The notes below the pieces were generated by a model. It ran no database searches, was not told the origin of the DNA, and worked only from the letters and a program-made list of their open reading frames with translations. A stretch of 64,000 bases of DNA, taken from Octopus bimaculoides (taxonomy: Eukaryota). Shown here piece after piece: positions 12,401 through 24,972 of the stretch. Position 1 is the stretch's first letter. Each line of letters opens with the position of its first letter. The stretch covers positions 106,754,945 to 106,818,944 of the forward strand of contig NC_068982.1 in assembly GCF_001194135.2 (NCBI RefSeq), given 5' to 3'. The position numbers and the translations under genes are program-made.

Positions 12401-13639
12401 AAATCAAGTGACTGACATAAATACATACAGATGGTCTTTTGAGCATGTATGATCTGATATCTTTACTAAGGTTAAGCAATGAGCTTTGGAAAGAGATGAG
12501 GTTGAATTATCCAGTGTGCCAGCCATGACAGTCAAGTAATAAAATATGTCTTTATAAAAGAAAGAAATTTTAGTCTGAATTCCGGAGATATGCAATTATT
12601 ATTATAGATGGATATATTAATATTCGCATTTTGGTTGTTACAGTCACAAGTTCCAGACGTTGCACCCTCCAGCCTTCTTTAGGTGCCTATCACATTTGGT
12701 ATCAAACGCTAAAGTTGCAGTTCACCTAACAGTAAATTCAATCTCCATCATGAAGTTAATGTATGCTATATGTACTCTGGTTTAACATCTGCTTTCCATG
12801 CTGGCATAGACTGGATGGTTTGAGATGGAGCTGCCTAGAAAGGAGCTGTCCAGACTCCAACTGTCTGTTGTGGCAAGTGGCACCAGCAAGTTAAAGAATT
12901 AACCCTTTTTATACCAACCCACCCAAGGTCAATGATACAAACTTCCTATTTTGAAATTATCAAAATTAAAACCTTCCATCAAAATTGTATGTTAATTCAT
13001 ATTGCAAATACTGCATTAACAATGACAAAGTTATTTTACTAAACAATTATTTTCAAAATTAATTGAAACAAAGGCAGTGTATTTCAACAGAAATAGAGCA
13101 AAAGGGTTACTACAAGAATATCACTGACGTGCACAACTGTTTTCATTCCATCTTTATCAATTGATTTAAGGATTCCATTTGAAATTCCAAAAACAATCCC
13201 AGATATAACAAGCATCAGAAAATACAATAGGGAAAAAGTTGTAATCTTAACAACTAAGATGAGAATACAAGTCCAAATACATCAGAGAATAATAAAAAAA
13301 AAAGAACAAATTCTATCTTAATGTATGCCAATCAAATTCAAAGTATTAAAGAAAGAAATACTTCCATAAAAAGCAAAGTTGTAACAGAAATCTCCATAAC
13401 AGATATTTCAAGAAATATCAAGTCAAGATGAGATGAAATAGTTACCTTCAGACTTTACTTCAAATGTTATATAAGGCATAGATGCAGCAACATCCAGTAA
13501 ATTTTTATATTCTTCATCACTCAAGTTACGAAGAATGAATCGACGGTCTTCATCTTTCATGAGCAAAAAGTCTTTCACACTTCGAATATTTCTCTGAAAG
13601 ATTACAAATGTATATTTTCTTACATATATATACATTATA

Positions 13640-13679
<40 letters not shown>

Positions 13680-16600
13680 ATTAAAAACTTCAATATTTTT
13701 ACATTTTAATATTTCTCATGAAAAAGTATTATATTAGTTCCAATATAACAAGAAATTATTTTAGTTTTTGTATAGATTGTAATGATATAGCAGGAACAGT
13801 GCTAACTGTTAGAAAAGAAATAATAGTTGACTGAACTCTCCCCTGTATATTACTTTTAATTTTACCATCCTGTGAGATTTGAAATAGAAATATAAAAGAG
13901 ATTTAAATCTTGTAACGTAATTATCTGTATTATTCACATACATCAAAATCAATGAAAAAATATAAAGGTTAAAGTTAATGTTTGTCTATAATACTGAATG
14001 ACTAGATTTTATTATAATTTTATTGTAAAATTTAAACTGCAGTTACTTTTACAGCTGTCAATCTACAAGTTAATGGCTCATAATAAAATTTCAAAACAAA
14101 AACCTTACTATTAACCAAAAGCTTACATTATACAACACAAATGAATAAATTATTAAACATTGTTTTTTTGACTAATACAAGAATAACAACAGATCAATTG
14201 TAAACAACAGTATAATAGGAAATACTGAGTGTAAAAAAAACCTTTACAAGTTTTGTTCAAAACTGATAAAACAAGAATCAATATCTTACTTTACGACAAA
14301 CAAAGTATTTCAACATATCCTGTGTTATGTAAGGCAGCTGAAGAAGAGCAGGGGACTTCTCCTGAAGTGCTTGGGTTAGCAGCTGAGATAATTTCATTAT
14401 ATTTTCAAGAGTATCCAAAGTGGGCATAGAAAAACCTACAAGAAATAAAAGCATGCACAATTGTTTTTATATCATTAGAACAATTATCATCATTTTTAAT
14501 GCTCACATGGGTCCGAAAGAAATTGTGGAGGTGAATATTTTACAGCTAGATGTCCTTCCTATTGCCAACACTTGCCCATTTCCAAGTAGGGTCACATTCC
14601 CCCATGAGCAGACATGTTTTCGTGGATTGAAAATGAAGGAAACTGCTTGTATGACATTGACACTCATTTACAGCTTTCATGCGATGTCAAAGCTAAGAGA
14701 CACTAACACACACACACACATACAAATATGATGAACTTCCATAGTTTCCATCAACCAAGTCTACTCACAAGGTTTTGATTGGCCCTTAGTTATAGCAGAA
14801 GACACCTGCCCAAAGTGCCATGCAGTGGGACTGAACCCAAAATCATGTGATTAGGAAGCAAGCTTCTTACCACACAGCCACACCTGTGCCTATATATGTG
14901 CACTAAAACTAAATAATTAGCAACAAAATTCAATAATATTCTTTGCTAATTATTATCAACATTACCCTTATTTCAATATCCATTTTTCCCACATTTATAT
15001 TAATTGATCATACCAGCAGAATACAATACCGCCATTTGTCTCGATTCTGCAGATCTGAGAATATCACATGCCAACCAAACAATATTCTCATACCTGACCC
15101 TAGAATTTTTTCCCAGTTTTCTTGACATATTACTATATGTACCCTGCATTGTCAACTCTTAGCACTTTTCCCCCAACTAATCATTCAATCTTAATACACA
15201 CCAAATTCTATGCAACCATCTCTCTTGCACATATTAGCCAGGGCCTTTTCTCAACTCAAATCAGCCTTTCTCATAGATTAACAGCTCATCAGGCAGATAT
15301 GATGGTCACTTCTCTTCATCTGCATACAGCCTATATTTCACAATATACAGTATCACACATCTAATAGTCTGGCCTTTGAATGTAGAAAAAAGCTAAAATG
15401 GATTATATGAATAAAAAATAATCAGAAATAGTAATTTCTAATGTTAACTGCCAGAAGTGATCAAATAAGTTTAAAATGTTAACTACCAAAACTGATCAAA
15501 TGAGATGAGTTTGATTCTTGGCCCTTATTGAATAGTGTATATATTTTTTAAACTCTTAAGAATCTAAAAAAAAATTTTTTTTTTAATCGCAAACCACCAG
15601 CAGAAGACAATGCATTGAACCAATCAAGCAATATAACATATACGTGTTTGATAAGTGTCATACATGAAACTATTAGCCTTCGAGTCACTTTGTAACTTGT
15701 TGCCAATTATCTTCATCATTTAACCTCCATGCCCAAGGCTGGCATGGAAATATAGGGAGATACAGATAGATAAGAATGAGGTAGTGATATACAGAAAGAG
15801 ACAGAAAAAGATGGATATAATGACGATTGGTTTTCACTTACATTTGCCATGTACTGCTCCACCAACTAACTGAGGAACAACATTCACCATTTCATTTATC
15901 AAGCTGGGACATTTCTTTAATATATATTGTTTATCTGAAATAAAAGAAATATTTGTAATTTAATACAAACAGATTTTTCAAAATAACTGGAAACGTAGTT
16001 TTGCTTTAATTTAAACTGCCTTTGGCTTCATTATTAAGCAATAATGTAAAAATTAAGATAATATATTTTTTTAAGTAATAATCTAAAGCTCAAAATGATA
16101 ATTAGGGCATTGCAGTCTTCCATGCTGACATAGGTTGGACAGTCTGGCAGAATCCAACAAATCAGAGGATTACATTGTTGCCTCAATGTCTGCTTTGGCA
16201 TAACCTCAATGGTTGAATGCTCTTACTAATGCCAACTATACGGCCAGAAGCAGTGAATTATAGTACCTAGCTACACCCTGTAAACTGGGCCATTTTTGAA
16301 TTCTTTTCCAAACAGACTGGCATGAAGTTACACACTCCAACCTCTGACAGAACAACATATTGTTTCCTCCTTCTGCCATTTCTACTGTTACACTCCCAGC
16401 TCGTTTATTTCTCCTTATCCCACCACTCATAATTATGCCCAATCCTGTAAGACCCACACCTGCCAGTGCTCCCACAAACCCACCCTAACACCTGCTTTCT
16501 AGAGTTCCTTCCTTGCAGCCAACATTGAATTGATTAAGAATGACATTAACTGTGTCAATTTCGCCAGTCTTGGAAGGCCTGCAAAGACAACAGGTGCAGA

Positions 16601-19372
16601 GCCCCACTTCAGACCAATACAGTGAATAACAAAAGCTGAAAATTATGAACATTAAGCTTTTAAGGATAGGACAAAATACACGCAAAAACAATTCTGAACA
16701 TATGCATATGGTCAGTTCAAGTAGTTTTACAGTTTAGCAGTAGGAAGGGTATGCCCTTCCTACTGCTAAACAACAGCAGAATTAGTAAAAAATAAATTGA
16801 TGGAAGCAGAAATATAGTGCTTTGAGACAAGACACAACACAACTGCTGTAGTAAAATCTGAATTCCTGATCTTGTGCTCAGTGTTCCAGTCACAAAATCT
16901 TGAATTCATTCATGGCATCATGTCAAGAATGGAATGTCATTGATATGGATGGTATAAATAATTACAGTGTGTGTGTAGCTTACCTATCTCCAGTGAGTCC
17001 GCTGGAAGACTTTTCCGTGCCATGTGAGCAAACAACAACACTCTGGCCTTAATACTGTAAGGGAAGCACAGTGGTCGCTCTTTATTGTTTTCACCTAAGT
17101 TGCTTAATTCTCGCATCAGCTGTGCAAATAAAAAAAATTAAAAACTCATATTCAAGCACCTCTTTATGAGACTATGAAGCAAAAGTTAGCCATTATATAT
17201 ATATATATACATATATGTAGATGTTTTGCAAACAACTTGCACATGCAAGTGCTATCAGTCAAGAACTCCGCATACTGGAAGCCAGAAAGTGTATTGGGTC
17301 ATCAGGAGAGAATGCGCACAGTTTCGGCGCCAGCCTCTCGATGGCATCAATGTGCCCCCACTCACTGATATGAGGCCCTGCTTGCTAGATCAACTGGTTA
17401 TTAAATACAGTTCAATATTCTTCTAGCCATCGCTCATCATCTCTTTTTAACCAAATCCTCTGGCTAGCCTTTTCCACCATAGTTAGGATATAGGTCATGG
17501 TGGTATATATCATCATCATGATCGTTGTTTAACGTCCGCTTCCATGCTGGCATGGGTTAGACGGTTTGACTGAGGGCTGGCGAGCCAGAGGCTGCACCAG
17601 GCTCCAATCTGATCTGGCAAAGTTTCTACAGCTGGATGCCCTTTCTAACACCAACCACTCTGAGAGTGTAGTGGGTGCTTTTATGTGCCACTGGCATGAG
17701 GGCCAGTCAGGTGGTACTGGCATCGACTATGCACAAATGATGCTTTTTACATGCCACCTGCACAGGAGCCAGTCCGGCAGCACTAGCAACGACCATGCTC
17801 AAACAGTGTTTTTACATGTCACTGGCACAGGAGCCAGTCAGGTGACACTGGAAATGATCACACTCGAATGGTGCTTTTTATGTGCTGGTGGCCCAGGAGC
17901 CAGTCAGCAGCCCTGGCAACAATCACACTCGAATGCTGATTTTAATGTTCCACTGGCATAGGTGCCAATCAGGCGGTACTGTCATCAGCCACAACAATGA
18001 TTTCACTTGCCGCAACAGGTTTTTGCAAGCGTAGCTTATTGTCCAATGACTGAATGGTACTCTTAAATGGGCTGGTTATACAGCACTGGCACAGGCCACG
18101 GTTATGGTCTCACTTGGTGGCTTGTCGGGTCTTCTCAAGCACAGCATATCTCCAAAGGTCTCAGTCACTTATCATTGCCTCGGTAAGGCCCAATCTTCGA
18201 AGGTTGTGCTTCACCACCTCATCCTGGATGGAACAATATTGTAGACAGGGCCATTAGAGCAAAAAAACAGGCCTGGAAGAGTTGGGGTAGCAGGAGAATG
18301 TATCAGATAGCCAAAAGGGAAGCTAGGAGACAGTTATAGCCAAGGGAGTAGCAGAAAAGAAGAAGTTTGCCAATGTTCAGTGACATGAGGACCAAAGAAA
18401 TGTAGTATTTTGGATTGCAAGACAGTGTGTGAGAGAAAACTGTGATGTCATAGGAGAGAAATGTGTCTGCATGGATGATGGTACTCTTGCATTCAATGAT
18501 TCTGCAAAGAAAGAGGCTTGGAGCTGGCATTATGAAAGACTGCTGAATGTGGAGAATGAATGGGAGGAGGAGAGTCTGCCAAAGGTTGACCCAATTGAGG
18601 GACCAGCTACACGAATCGACAATACCTTGGTCGATAAAGCAATTAAGGATATGAAGACAAGGAAAGCAGCTGGCCCATCAGGAATCACCACTAAGATGCT
18701 TAAAATATTGGGTGGTGTGGATTATGGTCTTGTCACCTGCATTGTAAATCAGGTGGCATGTAAAAAGCACCTTCCGAACGTAGCTGATGCCAGTACCACC
18801 GGACTGGATCCCCCCCCCCATGCCGGTGGCATGTAAAAAGCACTATCCAAATGTGATTGATGCCAGGATTACCTGACTGGTTTCTGTGCCGGTGGCACAT
18901 AAAAAGCACTCACTACACTCTCGGAGTGGTTGGCATTAGGATGGGCATCCAGCTGTAGAAACATTGCCAGATCAGATCAGAGCCTGGTGCAGCCACTGGC
19001 TCTCCAGACCTCAATCAAACCGTCCAACCCATGCCAGCATGGAAAACGGATGTTAAACGATGATGATGATGATGATGATGTGTGTGTGTATAGAATCAAG
19101 TAAAGGTAATAAACCTCATAAAGGGATCATAAATCCAATGAAAATACTGGTTAGTTAACACTCTATAAAGAGTTCAACTATAAGGTAACCATATAAATTG
19201 TGGTTTATATATTTAAAGAATAAAGAGAAAATGGAGAGGTAATTAATAGAATTATTTATTAATTATAAAATATGACAACATCTCTGACAGCTGTTTTGAT
19301 CCAGAGATGTTATATTTTATAATCAATAAAAATTTTTATTAATTACCTCTCAATTTTCTCCTTATTCTTTAT

Positions 19373-19416
<44 letters not shown>

Positions 19417-19479
19417 CATATATATATATAATTATATACACACAATACATACTTGTATATGTCAGTACATATGCAGGTC

Positions 19480-19546
<67 letters not shown>

Positions 19547-21280
19547 TTCATCACCAAATTATTTGCAAACATGAAAAATAATCCGTTTCAAAAAGACATC
19601 ATTTTCATCATCTGGGTCATTCTCACAACATACAAGTTGCACAAATCACAACTGTTTCCTCACATAAATATAGATATATTGAGTTAAGGGTTAGCCATTA
19701 GTAGGCATATAGGAGAAATAAAAGAAACTAGTTCATTGCAAGCTGTAAATGGTTGCATTCTCTACCTGTTGGCATTTTTTTTCCTTCACACCACAAGAAA
19801 GTACCTGACTCTAAATCCCAAAGTTAGTCAACCAAGTGGCCATAGAGTAAATACTTGGTTAACCGATTTTATTTCAGGCAGTATAGTCATTTCTATCACA
19901 GAATTTTGAATTTTCTATATATGTTCTGATAAATATTTCTTCGTGCCTTCCTCTCAAAAGAATCTTTATCAGTATTATTCTTCTGCTTGTAGATTTATCT
20001 CACAGCTTATGTGGGGTATATCACATTAACTACAAATAATTTAAGCAGTGTATCATTCACCAACACTATATCAATAAAATTTTCTACAAGTTTACAAATA
20101 CATCTTTTTATCTAACAATACCAAAAAAAAAAAAAAACAAAAAAAAAAAACAGAAAAAATGTAAAAAGAATTACAAAATTCATCTCACCAGACTGCTGCC
20201 ACTACAACATCACTAGCTTCAAGTAACTTATGCTCTTAGTAATGCAACAACTTCTAGTAAGCTTTGTACCACCTCCACCCAAGCCCACTGGATAAAACCA
20301 TTCTCCTGCTTTTCACCCACATGTTTTCTCTATAAACATCAAAATACAGCAGTTCAAGCTGAATGTTAATTGCATCAAATTCATCCATGATGGATGACTT
20401 ACAAAGGTTACCAGTGATGTTCTTTGTCTTCGTCCAACTAAGCAATAATAAACTCAAGCATTGTTAAAATAAAACAATTATACAGACAATATAGCAGGTA
20501 TTAAATCCAATGATAAAATTATTCAGACAATAGAGTTAAGTGTCTTTTCCATCGACATAACACACTGGATATATAAGTATATAATCTGATACATACAGCA
20601 GGAAGTTCCTCATTGTCACTGGGCCGCTCCACAATCTCAGCATTGTGCAATCTGTCATATTCCCAAGAAGAAGCCAAAATCATAACAACACCTTAAAAAA
20701 AAATTCAATACATCAGAATATAACCAATTTTATTATAGTAAATTATTTAAAAACAAACAAAACATCTATCTTATTATGTAATTCGCTTATCACTGTAGAT
20801 GAAATGACTGAATGGAAATGATAAAAAAAAATATTATATGTACTTAATTGTCATTAGAGATCAGATGTTACATAAACAGGCTTCTTATTACACAAACTTA
20901 CAATAGAAAGATAAGCAACTTTTATTATTATGCTAAAGTAATCATTACATGGATTCAAATAAAAAGTGTCTAATAGAAAGATGAGAATTTTAGCAGTGTA
21001 TGTGAACAATGAAACAGTACCTTGTCTAAATAGAATAGCGAGTTAAATTGTGATTATTATCTAAATGATTTCATAAATATACCTTGATCTAAAAAGTTTA
21101 ATGCACTGAGGTTATTTACAACTAAAGGTATAATACATAGAGACAATATGGAATACTCACGTTTAAGATGCATGCTTGGTGACTTGTTAAAGAAATACAG
21201 ATATAAATGGGTAGTATCAAGTAAAACTTGATCAGCACTGAACTTGATTGAACGGTACCACCATACACCCTGTAGATAGA

Positions 21281-21338
<58 letters not shown>

Positions 21339-23182
21339 CATAGTAATCCCTCGCCATATTGTGGTTCACTTATCGCACACACAGAATATTACGGTTCATC
21401 TATCACACACTCAGTATATTGCGGTTCACCTATCGTACACTCAGTACATCGTAGATATTTTTGGCTAATATACGTAAATTTATATCACAGACTCCTCAGT
21501 ATCTCACGAGTTTTTGCGGCCGATACGTATTTATAATTTTTTTAGATTCTAATTATTTCTGTGGTAAAATAAGCATTTTCATGCCTAAAAATTAATAAAT
21601 AAAAATAGAGTACAGTACTGCACAGTATAACAATTAAAATATATTAAAAGAAAATACGCAGTGTACCATAGATGAGTAAACAAAGAATAACAGAAAACGA
21701 AACTCGGGAGGCAGGTGTGTGGTACTGTTTTGCATTTATAATAAAATAAATGGTTCTAGGTAAATTTCACAGCGGTATATTCCACCAACGGACAGTCTTC
21801 CAATATAAGCTTCTCCCACTAATAATCACTGTGGTCAGTTTGTATAAACCATGGGTCAATACCTATGTTATTTAACCTGCCTGTCTCTCAAGTCTTAAAG
21901 AGAGAGAGAGAGTCTGAAGGTGAAATAGAAAATAATCTTTATAACCTACTTGAATTGAGATGGGATCACTTTAATGTACACCCATCAAGCAAGAATCTAT
22001 GAAAAAGACTCATCACAAAATTTCAAAACTAATATAATTTGGAATAAAGAAAGAAAAGATTAAATTTTAGCACACATTTTATTATAAAAATCAGATTAAA
22101 AAAATAACAGTGAGTACATTGTGAAGCAGAGTTAGGATAAGAAAGTTTAATTGATCTAAAAAAAAATTTAAGACAAATTGTGTGCAATACTTCTTAAAAA
22201 TTGCAGAGAGTTTTCATTTTTGGGCCGGATATGACCAGTTTAAACACTTAAAGGGTTAAAGTTATTTCACTTTAGTTTTGTCACTTATATCTTTGGAAAT
22301 GGATTGGGTATCAAAATTCTCATTACCATTCTCTAAAATTCTTTCATGAAATATCAAACTGGAAAAAAACAAGTCTATATGAGACACTAAGATAGAATTA
22401 AATCAGTAAGAAATATAAAACTTACCACAATGAATGGTAATAGTATCATGAACACCAGACCATAAACAGCAAGCACCTATTAAAAGTATAAACAGAAGTT
22501 TATTTTTTTTAAATCATTAGAAGTTTATCATTATTCATAATATCACATTAATCAACAAAATATCTAGTTTTATATCTTTTATTCCAGCACGAGATGCATT
22601 ATTCAGCAATTTGTATTTTTAACAATTTCTGTTCGTTTGTTATTAAGTCTTAATTGGAAGAAGCAATTAAGAGATATTCACCTAAAGGCACAGGTATGGC
22701 TCCGTGGTTAAGTTTACATCTTTACCACATCGTCTCAGGTTCAATCACTGTGCGGCACCTTGGGCAAGTGTCTTCTACTATGGGCCTGAGACAACCAAAG
22801 CCCTGTGAATGGATTCAGGACACAGAAACTAAAAGAAGATTACTGTATATATATAATGCAGGTGTAACCTTGTCTTAACATCATGTGATGGTTGTAAATA
22901 AGCACCATTATCATATAAATTATGTTGTTTGTTTCCAGTCATCCACGGAAAAAAATGTCTAGTGATGGGGAAATATTACCTTACTTAGAAACAGGTCAGG
23001 GTTAGCAACAGGAAGAGCATCTAGTTGTAAAACATCCACCTCAACAAATTCTATCTGACCTATGCAAGCATGGAAAAGTAAATGCTAAATGATGATGAAA
23101 GTGTCTGTTTAATGTTAGAACTCAGGCAAACCAATTATACTAATTTGAAAATCTGTGCCTATGTAAACAAAGAACAGATGAT

Positions 23183-23250
<68 letters not shown>

Positions 23251-24925
23251 TTTGGAGAGAAGATTTTTTTCTCAAAGAGTTAAGACTGAAATAAGAACCT
23301 TTTTAGAAAATCGAAAGTCACTAATCTTTGGGAAGAGATTTCACAAAATGTGTGCAGATTTTGCTTTTATAGATGTGCAAGCACTTTCAGTTCTTAACGT
23401 TTTCAAGCATATGTTATTATATATAGTGGAAGTTGTTAACCAAAGCAAGATTTGCATCAGAGGAAGAAATGATGCAAGTTACCAAATGTGGAGACCCTTG
23501 ATGTGGGACATGTGATTTAATAGAACAGGGACCAGCCAAAACATTCAAGAATGAAAAAGAATTAAAGGTGAATGCAAATATGAAATGTAAAAGCAAAAAC
23601 CTGATATATTGTATCACATGCCCACAATGCAACGAACATTATATTGAGGAAACAAAAATGAAACTAACCAACTGTGTAATTGTGCACAGATATTAAATAA
23701 AACATCCCGCACTTAGATGCATACCATGTAGCGATCATTTAGACACCCATACACAAGGAAAATTTACAATTATCCCACTTCATAAAATAAATGAAGAGAA
23801 CAACCTTCTCCGGAAGGCAAAAGAAGAATATTTCATAAGATTTCTGAGTCTGAAACTAAACAGGAAATAGTCAAAACAATTTTACTGAGAACAACTTCCA
23901 CTATATTTAATAACACATGCTTGAAAACATTAAGAACTGAAAGCGCTTGCACATTTATAAAAGCAAAGCCTACACACATTTTGTGAAATCTCTTCCCAAA
24001 GGTTAGTGCCTTTTGACTTTCTAAAAAGGTTCCTTACTCAATCTTAACTCTTGAGAAAAAATCTTCCTTTCCAAATATAGCATCAGTGGTGCTTCTACCT
24101 GGCACAAAACTGAACTGCATCTCATCTAAGCAGACTTTCTCCCTAATTAGTTGGGCTATGACCCTCTTTGTGACCTTCATCACCTGATCCAGTAATTTGA
24201 TACTCCTGTAGTTATTTCTATCTAAAGCATCACCTTTACCCTTGTAGCAGTTGACTATTGTGCTGCTACACCAGTCATTGGGTATGACTCCATCATGAAC
24301 TACCTGGTTTACAATACGGGTGACTAAGCCATAGCCCACACCACCAGATATTTTAAGCATCTCAGTAGTGATTCTTGATGGGCCGGGGGCTTTTCCTGGC
24401 TTCATACCCTTAATTGCTTTATCTACAAGGGTGCTGTCTATTCGGATAGCTGGTCCCTCTACTGAGTCAACAAATGTGTCCGCATGGATGATGATGCACT
24501 TGCTTTTAATGATTTTCCTCCTCCCGTTCATCAGTCTTTTATAATGGCTTCTCCAAGCCTCTTTCTTTTCCGAATCATTAAAAGCAAGTGCACCATCATC
24601 CATGCAAACACATTTCGCTCCTGTGACATCACAATTTTCTCTCACACACTGTCTTGCAATCCAAAATACTTCAGTTCTTTGGTCCTCACGTCGTTGGACA
24701 TTGGCAAACTTCTTTTCTGCTTTGCCCTTGGCTATGTATACCTGTCAACCAGCCTCCCTTCTGGTTATCTGGTACAGTTCCCTGCTACCCCCACCCTTCC
24801 AGGCATTCCAGGCCTTTTCTTTGCTCTACCGTATTATTTCACCACCACATTACTCCAGGTCTGGAAGGAACTTTGCACCATCCGCAGACTTGGTCTGTGG
24901 CACTCTGTAAGCTGTCCCATCCATC

Positions 24926-24972
<47 letters not shown>

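Noticed and set aside
19343-19687. Many YIYI/THTH/LSLS ORFs (also 21057, 41414, 42104, 47755)
   Set aside because: They are microsatellite translations.
21356-21445. Regular 24-30-bp periodic repeats (also 10669 and 25476) as a possible CRISPR array
   Set aside because: The units are contiguous with no unique spacers, there are no cas genes, and the context is a eukaryotic intron.
23915-23975. Hammerhead ribozyme in the Penelope pLTR (ttgaaaa...ctgaaag-cgcttgcac)
   Set aside because: Stem II and stem I do not pair, and an extra base breaks stem III geometry, so it cannot be supported.
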